NCBI GenBank assembly: GCA_963662625.1
Contig: OY759726.1
Coordinates: 512,001 to 576,000, forward strand
From: Nitrosopumilus sp.
GTDB lineage: Archaea > Thermoproteota > Nitrososphaeria > Nitrososphaerales > Nitrosopumilaceae
Length of the DNA: 64,000 bases
Direction: 5' to 3'
Position 1 is the stretch's first letter. Each line of letters starts with the position of its first letter. Both the position numbers and the translations under genes were made by a program. Under the pieces are notes generated by a model. It was given only the letters and a program-made list of their open reading frames with translations. It ran no database searches and was not told where the DNA came from. Shown piece after piece: positions 1-9,719 of the stretch.

Positions 1-2
1 GG

Positions 3-41
3 TACCTGCCGCAGAAGCTGGAGCTCGCGAAAAGCCTGTAG
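3..41 (+). CDS. 3' end of a gene entering the window (partial)
   Basis: Frame reads YLPQKLELAKSL-TAG with coding-like codons, convergent with the next gene. Confidence 0.5.
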   Translation, partial: YLPQKLELAKSL

Positions 42-497
42 CTACTTTATCCTCAGGGTGAGCACGCCGTTCCTGTACTTGAAGTCGAAGATCTGCATCT
101 CGTTTGACCCCTCTATCTGGACCTGCTTGGAGAAGCCTGCGGAACCGCGGATGTACAGGACCCCGTCGATCAGCCGCACCGAGATCTTGTCCTCGGGGCC
201 CGGCACCTCGGCGACGAACACGAACTCCCCCTCGCCCCGGATTAGGTCGTAGACCCAGTTCTTCGTCTCCGGCTCCCGGGAGGAGTACAGCGGCTTTTGG
301 TCCTTGGCCATCTTCTTTATGACCCTGGCCCAGTAGAACATCGTGATCGCCGCGACGCCCACCAGGATGAAGCTGACGAACCCCGAGCCCGCCCTCTGGG
401 TCATTATGTAGATGATCCCGACAAACAGTATGATCATGATGGGGACCACGAAGTTTATCGACTGTTCGTTTGAATACGCGCCCTTGTACGATACCAA
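42..497 (-). CDS. Membrane-anchored Hsp20/alpha-crystallin-like protein
   Basis: Two N-terminal hydrophobic helices; C-terminal AEVPG...YRNGVLTLRIK alpha-crystallin signature; start placed at TTG 497. Confidence 0.7.
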   Translation of the reverse strand: MVSYKGAYSNEQSINFVVPIMIILFVGIIYIMTQRAGSGFVSFILVGVAAITMFYWARVIKKMAKDQKPLYSSREPETKNWVYDLIRGEGEFVFVAEVPGPEDKISVRLIDGVLYIRGSAGFSKQVQIEGSNEMQIFDFKYRNGVLTLRIK

Positions 498-568
498 GCA
501 CCAAAAATCGGTCTTTGCCAAATATAAAGTATATTTGGTTTTTATTACCACCCGGCGCCACTACCGCA

Positions 569-784
569 TTGGCAGATGACGACGCGCGGGACGTTTCCAT
601 TGGGGGGATCGCCGTCCGCGCCTCTGCCCTTGCCGCAATAGCCACCATCCCGTCGCTTGCCGCGTTCCTGGTCCTGTGGTCGCTGCTCGACGACCTGCTG
701 GCCGCGGCGGTGGCCGGCGGCGTGACGCTCTTCGTGATCATGGGGTTCTCGCCCAAGATCGCGCGCGCCCTCAACCTGTCGTGA
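569..784 (+). CDS. Small two-TM membrane protein
   Basis: TTG start downstream of an AT-rich divergent promoter; two hydrophobic segments. Confidence 0.6.
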   Translation: MADDDARDVSIGGIAVRASALAAIATIPSLAAFLVLWSLLDDLLAAAVAGGVTLFVIMGFSPKIARALNLS

Positions 785-878
785 GCGGGGGGGCGCCCCC
801 GGGGGGCGCCGGCCCGCGGGGCCCCCAGAAAATTTTTAGGCAGGGGGGGCCGTGTACCGCCATGGGCGGGGCGCAGGC

Positions 879-1235
879 ATGGTGGACGTGTCCAGGATAG
901 AGGCGGATCTCGTGTCGGAGATCAAGCTGGAGCCGCTGCAGGCAAGGGTGTACATCCTGGTCAACTGCCACGGCAGGATGCCCCCGCGCGGGATGGCAGA
1001 AAAGCTCGGCATCCCGGACGAGTCGGCCGCCAAGGCGGCCGGCGAGCTGATGGAACTGGGGGCCTTCATCGACATGCCGGGCGGCGAGTTCGAGGCGATG
1101 CACCCCAGGTTTACCGCCGTGAACATGTACAGGAGGTACTGCGAGCGGGAAAACGTCGAGTTCAAGAGGAACGACGTGGTCGACGGCATCGGGGTGGCCC
1201 TGGAGGGGCCGTACGAGAATGCAAGGACTAAATAA
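879..1235 (+). CDS. TrmB-like winged-helix protein
   Basis: LQARVYILV...MAEKLGI...LMELGAFI HTH pattern. Confidence 0.65.
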   Translation: MVDVSRIEADLVSEIKLEPLQARVYILVNCHGRMPPRGMAEKLGIPDESAAKAAGELMELGAFIDMPGGEFEAMHPRFTAVNMYRRYCERENVEFKRNDVVDGIGVALEGPYENARTK

Positions 1236-1257
1236 CGCGCGGCGCGGCTGGACAGCG

Positions 1258-1656
1258 TTGGCCGCGGATACCGAGTCATGCAGTCACCAGCCGGTGTACT
1301 ACGGGGTCGTAAACATCAACATCGACGAGAGGACCGTCGGATCGGTGGACGTCTGGAGGTGCGGCGCCTGCAAGAAGCGGTTTTGCGAGGAAAAGCAGCT
1401 GGGGATCGAGGAGCTTGCTGACCTGGTCGGCATGCCGAGGATCGATCCGGACGAGAAGTGGGGGGTGACCGTGTGCAAGCTGCAGCAGGGGAGGTACAAG
1501 TGGAAGCTGGTCAGGCTAAAGGAGAACGCCGAGATAAGGCACGAGTGCCTGAACGAGGAGGTCATCCCCCTCAAGGTGAGGGGCTTCAGGGTGGAGGACG
1601 GCCAGCACTGGAGCTTCCTGATAGACGACAACGTAAACAAGGCCGTGGAAATCTAG
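1258..1656 (+). CDS. Conserved hypothetical protein, Cys-rich (possible Zn-binding)
   Basis: CSH...CGACKKRFC motifs; strong coding codon bias. Confidence 0.7.
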   Translation: MAADTESCSHQPVYYGVVNINIDERTVGSVDVWRCGACKKRFCEEKQLGIEELADLVGMPRIDPDEKWGVTVCKLQQGRYKWKLVRLKENAEIRHECLNEEVIPLKVRGFRVEDGQHWSFLIDDNVNKAVEI

Positions 1657-1662
1657 CGCGCC

Positions 1663-1947
1663 ATGGAACTCAAGGTACACATAAACAACGTGCGCGGGAG
1701 CCAGATGGCCGCGAAGATCACCGGCAGGTTCTCCATAGGCGGGGATTCGTTCCGCTTCACCGCCATCGCGTTTGGCAGGATAGGCGGCCAGAATGTGGGG
1801 GCCAGCATCTCGCGGGAGACCGAGAAAAGGCTCCGGGGCCTGGGCCACGACGTCGACGAGGTGATAGCGTCCCTCCAGTCAAGCCTGCTCAAGGGCGACA
1901 TCACGCTCCCCGAGGGCCTGAAGAGGGAGTCGTTCGCGGACGGCTAG
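1663..1947 (+). CDS. Hypothetical protein
   Basis: ATG 7 nt after the previous stop; operon-like spacing and codon bias. Confidence 0.7.
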   Translation: MELKVHINNVRGSQMAAKITGRFSIGGDSFRFTAIAFGRIGGQNVGASISRETEKRLRGLGHDVDEVIASLQSSLLKGDITLPEGLKRESFADG

Positions 1948-2735
1948 AACTTTGCGTCCTCGAGCGCCTTGGCGCACGCGCAGCCCCTCGCCCGGGGGAT
2001 GCGCCCCACCAGCCCCGCGAGGAGCCGCCTCGTCCTCTCGACGTTCTTTGACAGCGTGTCCATGACCTCCCTGGCGGTGACCGGCTTTTCGGCCCAGACG
2101 TCGTAGTCGGTGACGGAGGAGACAGACGCGTAGCACATCTGCGCCTCCCTTGCAAGCTGGCACTCCGGGACGAGCGTCATCCCTATGACGTCTGCCCCGG
2201 TGGTCCTGTAGAACCTCGACTCGGCCTTCGTGGAGAACCTCGGCCCCTCGATGCAGGCGTAGGTGCAGTCCCGGTGGATCCTCAGGTCCTGCCCGCCGGC
2301 GACGTCCGCTATGCACTGCCGGAGTTCCGGGCAGAACGGGTCGGCGACCGAGATGTGGATCACGTTGCCCTCCCCGGAGAAGGTGGCCTTTCGCGACTTC
2401 GTGAAGTCCAGGAACTGCGCGGGCAGGGCAAAATGCCCCGGCTCGATCTCCTCCCTGAGGCTGCCTACCGCCGACGGGGCCACGATCCTGGAGACCCCCA
2501 GCTCCCCGAACGCCCATATGTTGGCCCGGTAGTTGATCAGGTGCGGCGGGATGCCGTGCTTCTTCCCGTGCCTCGGGAGGAACGCGGCCTTCCTCCCCTC
2601 GAAGGTGCCCACGGTGATCGGGCCCGACGGCCTTCCGTAGGGCGTGTCGACCGTGACCTCGCTGGCGTCCTCCAGCAGCCCCGACTCGTAGATGCCGGTG
2701 CCGCCGAATATCCCGATCTCGACGTCCCCGTCCAT
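1944..2735 (-). CDS. mtnP: S-methyl-5'-thioadenosine phosphorylase
   Basis: [28 protein letters not shown] and VTDYD motifs. Confidence 0.93.
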   Translation of the reverse strand: MDGDVEIGIFGGTGIYESGLLEDASEVTVDTPYGRPSGPITVGTFEGRKAAFLPRHGKKHGIPPHLINYRANIWAFGELGVSRIVAPSAVGSLREEIEPGHFALPAQFLDFTKSRKATFSGEGNVIHISVADPFCPELRQCIADVAGGQDLRIHRDCTYACIEGPRFSTKAESRFYRTTGADVIGMTLVPECQLAREAQMCYASVSSVTDYDVWAEKPVTAREVMDTLSKNVERTRRLLAGLVGRIPRARGCACAKALEDAKF

Positions 2736-2736
2736 C

Positions 2737-3249
2737 TCAGTACCTTACCAGCGACTTGCAGTTGTACTTGGCCAGGCCCTTCATGCCGTTCAGTTCGGTC
2801 AGCTCGATGACGAAGGCGATCCCGGCGATCTCGCCGCCCAGCCGCTCGACCAGCCTGGCCGCGGCCTTGGCGGTGCCCCCGGTAGCGAGCAGGTCGTCGC
2901 AGAGCAGCACCTTCTCCCCCTTCGCGATGGCGTCCTTCTGGACCTCGATGGAGTCCTTCCCGTACTCGATCTTGTAGGACGCCTTGATCGTCTTGCCCGG
3001 GAGCTTGCCCGCCTTCCTGATTAGCACCATCCCCTTGCCGTACCTGACTGCCAGCAGCGACGCCAGGACGAAGCCCCTGGACTCTATCCCCGCGAAGACG
3101 TCCACGTCGTTGGGGTGGAAGTGCCTCGCGAACTCGTCTGCCACGCACTCGAGGGCCGACGGATCCCTCAGGAGCGGGCCGTAGTCCCTGAACAGCACGC
3201 CCTTCTTGGGAAAGTCGGGGTATTCCGAGATCCTGTCGCGCAGGTTCAT
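2737..3249 (-). CDS. apt: Adenine phosphoribosyltransferase
   Basis: [25 protein letters not shown] and the PRPP motif DDLLATGGT. Confidence 0.95.
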   Translation of the reverse strand: MNLRDRISEYPDFPKKGVLFRDYGPLLRDPSALECVADEFARHFHPNDVDVFAGIESRGFVLASLLAVRYGKGMVLIRKAGKLPGKTIKASYKIEYGKDSIEVQKDAIAKGEKVLLCDDLLATGGTAKAAARLVERLGGEIAGIAFVIELTELNGMKGLAKYNCKSLVRY

Positions 3250-3299
3250 GTCCTGAACTTGGACGGGGGTGGAATAAAACTGTTTGAGGCGGGGCGGCG

Positions 3300-5471
3300 C
3301 TACCTGAACTCGTGGGCGGCCTGCGACTCGCTCCGCGCGTCGCTTGCCTTTATGGTGTACGTTCCGGGCTCCGTGCCCTCCGGTATCGTCCAGGGCAGGT
3401 GGATCTCCCCCGTCTTTGTGGACCTGGGCTCGAGCTTGGCCACCACCTGCCCGTCCGGCGAGAGGATCTCGATCTTGACCGTCTGGGACGGGGACGCGCC
3501 GATCACCTGTATCAGGATCCCGTTCCCCCCGTCGCGGTCCTCCACCGACACCACTATGCCCTCCCTGGTGGACGCCACGTTGATCTGCACCGTGTCAAAG
3601 TTGGGGCCGCTCGTCGCCTTGAGCGTCCATGCCCCGAGCTTCGCCTCGGACGGGATCCTAAACGAGCTCTCCGATATGCGCCCGTTCTTGTCCGAGAACG
3701 TGTCCGTGGTCTTGACGGTGTCGCCGTCCGGATCCATCAGGTCCAGCGTGAGCAGCGTGTTGGGGACCTCCGTCTCCCCCAGGATCAGGAGGGAGTCGCC
3801 CGGCGCATAGTCGGCCTTCGTCGTCAGGACCGAGATGTTCCCCGCGCCTATCTCCAGCCCCACCGTAAAGGTGGCCTTGCTCTGGGCGGTGCCCTTGCTG
3901 ATTACCGCGGTGTATACCCCCGACTTGTACCCGCCCAGATCCAGCACGTGCTTGGCCGTCCCGTCGGGCGCCAGCGTTATGGACACCGCCTCCCCCTTCG
4001 GCTTGTCCGACGGGTCGATGATCAGCAGGCTCACGAGCTCCGAGGCGGACCCGGTCAGGTATATGGTGGCCGTCTCGAACGACTTGTAGTTTAGCTTGTC
4101 AAACTCGAAGTAGATCGGGATCTCCGGCAGCTGGCCGAGCCCGACGAAGACGAACTCCCTGTGCTCCCCCTGCTTTGCGGTCAGCCTGTAGGTCCCCTCC
4201 TTGGAGTTCCGATCCGTCTGGTATTCGAACCCCACGGCCCCCGAGCCGTCCGTGTTGGTTATGACGGAGTCGATCTCGATCCCCAGCGGATCCTCCAGGA
4301 CCAGCTCGATCGCCTGGTTCGGCTGCGCGGTGCCGCTGTACCGTATCAGGTCGCCGGGCTCGAACCTCAGGCTGGCCGGCGTTATGACGATCACCTTGGA
4401 CGACTGGATCTCCCACGTCCTGAGTATGCTCTCCCGCCCGTCGGAGATCTCCACGTTGTACTTGCCAAACGCCGTGTCCAGCGGTATGGATATGGGCTCG
4501 GGCAGGCTCCACGTCCCCTTCGCGTCCACCTCGGCGGTCCTCGTGTTGATTATGTTGCCCGCCGCGTCCCTGACGGACGCCGTGATGGCGCTGTTTGGCT
4601 GCGCCGTGCCCGACATCTCCAGCACGTCCCCCCTGTGCAGCGTTGACGGGATCCTGTCTATCGTCAGCTTGACGTCGTCCGCGTCGGGCACCCTGGTCTT
4701 GACCTCGCCCAGCCTCAGGCTCACGCTCCTCTCGCCCCCATCCGCGTCGACCACGCGGAAGTTCACCCTGTCGGCCTTCTGCCCGTCGGGAACCTTCATC
4801 GTGGTTATGAAGTTGCCGTCCCCGTCCGAGAGGAACGTCCCGAGGTTCCTCGCGTCTATGTAAAAGCTGAACTGGTGGGACGCCGCAAAGCCCTCCCCCA
4901 CGACCCTTATGGTGGAGCCGACGTTCGGCTTTTCGGGGATGATCCTGAACGTCGATCCCTCGAGGACCCCTGCCGGGGCTCCGGCACCCGGGCCGGGGGA
5001 CGGCCCCGCCGCCGCGCCCGTGGACGTCTTCCCCACCCTGACCGCGTTGCCCGCCGCGTCCGCGGCCATCCAGTTTATTCCCGGGTTTGGCCCGTCCGTC
5101 TTGACCCCCAGCTTGACAGAGCCCCCGGCCTGCAGCGGCTCCGAGGCCGTGAAGGTTATCGTCCCCTCGGGGGACCTCTTGCCGATCCAGCCCTTCTCCG
5201 TCTTGAACTCCTCGAAGCTGTGGCCTGCCCCGAGCCAGAGCGTGAACGAGTGTACCGGCGAGCCCGAGTTGTTCGTGAACCCTATGATCGCGGTCTTTTC
5301 AAAAAACACGCCGTCTGCCAGGACGGCGTCCTGGCCAGGCGCGTGCGACGACGCGCCGGCCGTGGGCGTGCCGGGCTCCTGCGCTGCCAGCGCCGCGCCT
5401 GCGAGCAGGAGGACGGACAGTGCGGCCAGGCGGGCAGCGGCCCGCCTACCGGCGGCCGTCATCCCCGCCAC
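3300..5471 (-). CDS. Large secreted beta-rich (Ig-like repeat) surface protein
   Basis: Signal peptide; repeated G/T/P-rich beta modules ending in GxYxI/L. Confidence 0.75.
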   Translation of the reverse strand: MAGMTAAGRRAAARLAALSVLLLAGAALAAQEPGTPTAGASSHAPGQDAVLADGVFFEKTAIIGFTNNSGSPVHSFTLWLGAGHSFEEFKTEKGWIGKRSPEGTITFTASEPLQAGGSVKLGVKTDGPNPGINWMAADAAGNAVRVGKTSTGAAAGPSPGPGAGAPAGVLEGSTFRIIPEKPNVGSTIRVVGEGFAASHQFSFYIDARNLGTFLSDGDGNFITTMKVPDGQKADRVNFRVVDADGGERSVSLRLGEVKTRVPDADDVKLTIDRIPSTLHRGDVLEMSGTAQPNSAITASVRDAAGNIINTRTAEVDAKGTWSLPEPISIPLDTAFGKYNVEISDGRESILRTWEIQSSKVIVITPASLRFEPGDLIRYSGTAQPNQAIELVLEDPLGIEIDSVITNTDGSGAVGFEYQTDRNSKEGTYRLTAKQGEHREFVFVGLGQLPEIPIYFEFDKLNYKSFETATIYLTGSASELVSLLIIDPSDKPKGEAVSITLAPDGTAKHVLDLGGYKSGVYTAVISKGTAQSKATFTVGLEIGAGNISVLTTKADYAPGDSLLILGETEVPNTLLTLDLMDPDGDTVKTTDTFSDKNGRISESSFRIPSEAKLGAWTLKATSGPNFDTVQINVASTREGIVVSVEDRDGGNGILIQVIGASPSQTVKIEILSPDGQVVAKLEPRSTKTGEIHLPWTIPEGTEPGTYTIKASDARSESQAAHEFR

Positions 5472-5528
5472 GCCCGGGCCAGGCCGCCGCTTCCTTCCAT
5501 GGTGTGTCCTGCCGGGGCGCCCATCCTC

Positions 5529-7628
5529 CTAACCCCGGGCCTTTGCCTTCTGGAATCTGTCCAAATCCGCCTTTACCGCAACGTTCTCGTACTGCCTGAT
5601 CCTCTCGGCTATCATCCTGTACAGTGTCCTGAACTGGTCCTTCGTGTTGTCCGACAGGAAGTCGGTCTCCCCGAGGTAGATCTTCTCGCAGATGTACCTG
5701 GTTATCTCCTCGTTGTCAAACTCCCCCCAGTCGTCCTCCCCGTGCTCCGCCCAGATCTCCCTCAGGTTGTCCAGCATTCCAGCCATGCCCTTCGAGGAGA
5801 CGTCGCCCGGGCCCAGGTTGGAATACCCCTCGTGCCTCAGCTTGATCTCGTAGGTCTGGTTGACTGCGTGGAGGTAGTCCTCCAGGACTATGTAGTCCTC
5901 GATCGACTCTATGTTCTTGCCTTCCTTCTGGAAGAATATCGTCTGGACGGGGGAGAACTCGTTTGACGCCAGCTGGGCCGAGATCTGCTTCGACTCCTCG
6001 GAGTTGTCCATGAGGATGAACGTCCTGTAGCCGTGGTTCCTGTAGAAGATCGCCAGCGGCAGGACGGAGTTCTTGCTGTACGCGGCGACCACGTTCAGCG
6101 GGTTCATCGAGATGTTCGGATCCTGCAGGAACTTGTCAAACGCGTTGAGGTACATCGCGTCGGACATGGTCTCTACGATGATGACCGGCCTCGAGTTCGT
6201 CCCGATCTCCCGGTCCACGATCGACTCCACCAGCCCCCTCGACAGCCCGTAGAGTATGGGCGTCAGCGTCTTGTCCTCGGCGTTCCAGTAGTCGTAAAAG
6301 ATCCTGCTGAGGTGCCTCCGCTTGTCCAGCTCCACCACCAGCAGGTTTCCCGGCGTGTAGTCGAATATCATGAACGGCGAGTGCGTCGCGTACAGGACCT
6401 GGTTTGACCCGGCCAGGCTCTTCAGCAGGTCCGATATCCCCATCTGCTGCGTGGGGTGCAGGTTCCTAGCCGGCTCGTCCAGCAGCAGGATGGCCTCCTT
6501 CAGCTCGGCGCGGTGCGTTTCCGCGGCAAAGTTAACGATGAACGAGAACGTCCACTTGAAGCCCTCCGCCCTCCTGTTGAGCAGGCCCGTGTTGGTCACG
6601 GTGCCGTCCTTGTGGATGTCCGAGATCACCACGCTCATTATGTTCCCCGGGTTGTACCTCAGGTCCACGTGTATTGGGTCCCCCTTCCACGCGGGGTTCA
6701 GCTTGGCCGTCAGCCTGTTGCTGGCCGTGTTGAGCAGCTTGATGCACTTGGACGGGCTGTCGCTTGCCTCGTCCAGCTCCCTCACGTTCAGCTCGGCCAG
6801 GTAGAACAGGTTCCGCACGGTCTCTGCCTTGTCAAACTCCTCGACGTACTCGATGGAGCTGGCCTGCTCGCCCTTGGCCTCCCTCAGGTACTCGTCAAGG
6901 TTGATGTTGCCGTAGATTTTCTTGTAGTCTGAAAAGTACACGAACCTCGGGTGCAGTTCGCTTGCGATGAAGTTCTCCAGCATGACCCTCTCGCTGGCGC
7001 CGCTCAGGAGGTTCGAGAACTGGTTTTCGGGGCTCGCGTAGATCTTCTCCCATTCCTCCACCACCCTGGGCTCCTGCATGGCCACCAGGTGCAGCTGGTT
7101 GCTGAATTCCGCCATGCCGCTGTCGAACGACTCCTGGCTCTCCGGGGACCCGCCGTCAAAGAACGACGTGTCGATCTGTATCCGGATGTGGTTCGGGAGG
7201 GTGTCCAGGAACCCCAGCATGTGCCTGGTGAAGTTTTCCCAGGAGTTCAGCTTGGCGTTCTCGTCCTCGCTGACGTGGATCTCGTCGAACTCGTACTGGA
7301 CGTCCGAGTGCCTGTTGTCCCTGAACATCTTTATCGTCTTGAATTCCGGCAGCCCCGGGAACTTTTCCCTCACCATGCTGATCTCGCCGGGGCTAAGCTC
7401 GAACTGCCCCTCCACCAGCCTGATCTCCTCCTTGAGCTCCTCCGACATCTCGTCGCAGAGATCCAGCTCCGAAAGCTCCTCGTCCTTGTTCAGCAGCGTC
7501 AGCGCCTGCAGTATCGTGGTCTTCCCGCTCTCGTTCCTCCCGACGAACGCCGCCAGATCACCAACGGTAATCTCGCCGGAGTCGTGGATGCAACGGTACG
7601 CCCTGACCCTGAATTTCCTAAGCCGCAT
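5529..7628 (-). CDS. OLD-family ABC ATPase/TOPRIM-like protein
   Basis: Walker A GRNESGKT, Walker B LLLDEP...LHP, ATHSP switch, TOPRIM-like IIVETMSD. Confidence 0.82.
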   Translation of the reverse strand: MRLRKFRVRAYRCIHDSGEITVGDLAAFVGRNESGKTTILQALTLLNKDEELSELDLCDEMSEELKEEIRLVEGQFELSPGEISMVREKFPGLPEFKTIKMFRDNRHSDVQYEFDEIHVSEDENAKLNSWENFTRHMLGFLDTLPNHIRIQIDTSFFDGGSPESQESFDSGMAEFSNQLHLVAMQEPRVVEEWEKIYASPENQFSNLLSGASERVMLENFIASELHPRFVYFSDYKKIYGNINLDEYLREAKGEQASSIEYVEEFDKAETVRNLFYLAELNVRELDEASDSPSKCIKLLNTASNRLTAKLNPAWKGDPIHVDLRYNPGNIMSVVISDIHKDGTVTNTGLLNRRAEGFKWTFSFIVNFAAETHRAELKEAILLLDEPARNLHPTQQMGISDLLKSLAGSNQVLYATHSPFMIFDYTPGNLLVVELDKRRHLSRIFYDYWNAEDKTLTPILYGLSRGLVESIVDREIGTNSRPVIIVETMSDAMYLNAFDKFLQDPNISMNPLNVVAAYSKNSVLPLAIFYRNHGYRTFILMDNSEESKQISAQLASNEFSPVQTIFFQKEGKNIESIEDYIVLEDYLHAVNQTYEIKLRHEGYSNLGPGDVSSKGMAGMLDNLREIWAEHGEDDWGEFDNEEITRYICEKIYLGETDFLSDNTKDQFRTLYRMIAERIRQYENVAVKADLDRFQKAKARG

Positions 7629-7807
7629 CTAGCGATAGTTGGTCGGCTTTGATTTAACTCATTCGTCAAATTCGTCCCGCGGGTGCGGACTCGCCCGCGC
7701 CCGGTCGGAGAACCGCCGCGCCGGTTTCGTGCCTGCGGCGTCCGGGGCCCGGCCCGCGCTCCCGCGGTTGCCAAATAGATATAAGGGAACCGCGGGGTTG
7801 GAATGGG

Positions 7808-8272
7808 ATGGCTGCAAGGGGGGCTCTTTACGCCGTTTTTCTTTTGCCCGTGGTGTTCTCGGCGGCCTTTGGCACCGCGGTGATGGCCGACGTGCTGCAG
7901 GAGCCGGACAGGGAGCTGAGGCTGTGGGGGTTCGCGGAGAAGGGCCACAAGGCGGGGCACGGGGGGCCCGTCGAGATCGTCGGCCTCCAGGGGGAGTATT
8001 CCGCGTCCCAGCCAGTCAGCCTTGGCGTCAGGGTCTCCGATCCCGCGTTCAGCTGCGGCGACCTGTACATTACGATATACTCCGGCGGGGAACCCGTCAT
8101 CCAGAGGGGTTTTTTTAACCAGTGCTTCGGGCAGGACATCCAGGTCTTGCCGGTAGGCGCAGAATTTTCCGAGATGATCGACGCCCCCGGGGCCTACGAG
8201 GTGGTCGTAGAGGTGACTGACAGGGACCAGCAAAGCAGCCTGGCCATGGGCGGGAAATTTACTGTTAAATAG
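7808..8272 (+). CDS. Exported/membrane-anchored hypothetical protein
   Basis: N-terminal hydrophobic segment, Cys pair; TATA (ATATAAG) upstream. Confidence 0.7.
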   Translation: MAARGALYAVFLLPVVFSAAFGTAVMADVLQEPDRELRLWGFAEKGHKAGHGGPVEIVGLQGEYSASQPVSLGVRVSDPAFSCGDLYITIYSGGEPVIQRGFFNQCFGQDIQVLPVGAEFSEMIDAPGAYEVVVEVTDRDQQSSLAMGGKFTVK

Positions 8273-8325
8273 TAATGTAATGTTTGGGGAGTAGGAAATT
8301 TGGTTCTGTTGGTCAAGGTGGTACG

Positions 8326-9129
8326 ATGGTAAAGAAGGACGACGCCCGTGCGGATATTGAGAAGATACAGTCGGAGATAGAGGCGCTGAAGAGAAAGTCC
8401 AAGATCCTGGCCACAAAGCCTGCAAGGAAGGCTGCCAAGAAGCCGGCAGGGAAGCCCGCCGGGAAGGCAGCGGCCAAGAAGCCGGCAGGGAAGCCCGCCG
8501 GGAAGGCAGCGGCCAAGAAGCCCGCCGGGAAGGCCGCGGCCAAGAAGCCGGCAGGGAAGGCCGCGGCCAAGAAGCCGGCAGGGAAGGCCGCGGCCAAGAA
8601 GCCGGCAGGGAAGGCTGCCAAGAAGCCGGCAGGGAAGGCCGCGGCCAAGAAGCCGGCCGGGAAGGCCGCCGCCGAAGAGGCCAAGACGGAGGGAAAGACC
8701 CTCGAGGAGGAGCTGGAGGAGCAGCTGTCCGACGAGGAGATCGAGAACTTCCAGATCGAGAAGGTGGACATGGAGAGGCTGACAAACAGGGTCTACGACA
8801 TACTGGCCGGGAAGGAGTCCGACGGCATGCTGCAAAACGAGCTCTGGAAGAAGCTCAAGCTCACGGCCAGGGACGGTTCCCGGCTCGCGCTGAAGCTGGA
8901 GAGGATGGGCACCATCACCAGGGAGAAGATTCTTGAAAAGGGCCGCTGGACCTACAAGCTCATCCTGAAGAAGACCCCGATCAGCACACAGTCCATAGTG
9001 GACGCCCCGTGCCTCGTGTGCCCCGTGGAGCAGAAATGCTCCCTTGACGGCGAGATCAGCCCGAGGAGCTGCCAGCTGATCGAGGAATGGGTCATCGCGG
9101 AGATGAAGAGACCAAAGAAGGGCAAATGA
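8326..9129 (+). CDS. TFE-beta/RPC34-like protein (winged helix + 4-Cys Fe-S domain) with N-terminal Lys/Ala/Pro repeats
   Basis: GMLQNELWKKL...LERMGTITREK wHTH; PCLVCPVEQKC...PRSCQLIEEW matches the RPC34-type Cys pattern. Confidence 0.75.
   Translation: MVKKDDARADIEKIQSEIEALKRKSKILATKPARKAAKKPAGKPAGKAAAKKPAGKPAGKAAAKKPAGKAAAKKPAGKAAAKKPAGKAAAKKPAGKAAKKPAGKAAAKKPAGKAAAEEAKTEGKTLEEELEEQLSDEEIENFQIEKVDMERLTNRVYDILAGKESDGMLQNELWKKLKLTARDGSRLALKLERMGTITREKILEKGRWTYKLILKKTPISTQSIVDAPCLVCPVEQKCSLDGEISPRSCQLIEEWVIAEMKRPKKGK
8437..8673 (+). repeat. Coding minisatellite (24/27/39-bp units) encoding 8 x KKPAGK(PAGK)AA(A)
   Basis: Repeated AAGAAGCCGGCAGGGAAGGCCGCGGCC-type units. Confidence 0.9.
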
Positions 9130-9719
9130 AGCTAATCGACGCCAGGAAGGATCACTACAGGAGGCTTGCCCGCGAGCAGGGGTACCGGAGCCGGTCTGCC
9201 TACAAGCTGAAGGAGCTGAACAGGTCCTACAGGGTCATCGGCCCCGGCTTTTACGTGCTTGACCTCGGCTGCGCCCCCGGGGGATGGACCCAGATGGCCG
9301 CAAAGCTCGCGGGAAACACGGGCAAGGTCATGGGGGTGGACCTGGCATACGTCGAGGAGGTCCCCGGGGCCCGCATAATCCGCGGGGACATCGGGGACGA
9401 GTCGGTGGTCGACGAGGTCATGGAATACTTTGGGCGCAAGGTCAACGCGGTCATATCCGATCTCTCGCCCCAGGTTACCGGGAACTGGTCGGTGGACCAC
9501 GCGAGGCAGATTTCCCTGAACTACGCGTCGGCCAAGATCATAGACGGCGTCATGGCCCGCAAGGGCAACGCCATCTTCAAGGTGTTCGACGGCGAGTACT
9601 CGATGGAGTTCAAGGGCTACGTCGGGAAGAAATTTTCGCGGGTGAGCCTCACGAAGCCCAAGGCCAGCAGGAAGCAGAGCAGCGAGGTGTACTATGTCTG
9701 CCTGGGCTACACGGGCTAG
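9126..9719 (+). CDS. rlmE: 23S rRNA Um2552 methyltransferase RlmE/FtsJ
   Basis: YRSRSAYKL, VLDLGCAPGGW, ISDLSP and KPKASR..SSEVY. Confidence 0.93.
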   Translation: MKLIDARKDHYRRLAREQGYRSRSAYKLKELNRSYRVIGPGFYVLDLGCAPGGWTQMAAKLAGNTGKVMGVDLAYVEEVPGARIIRGDIGDESVVDEVMEYFGRKVNAVISDLSPQVTGNWSVDHARQISLNYASAKIIDGVMARKGNAIFKVFDGEYSMEFKGYVGKKFSRVSLTKPKASRKQSSEVYYVCLGYTG

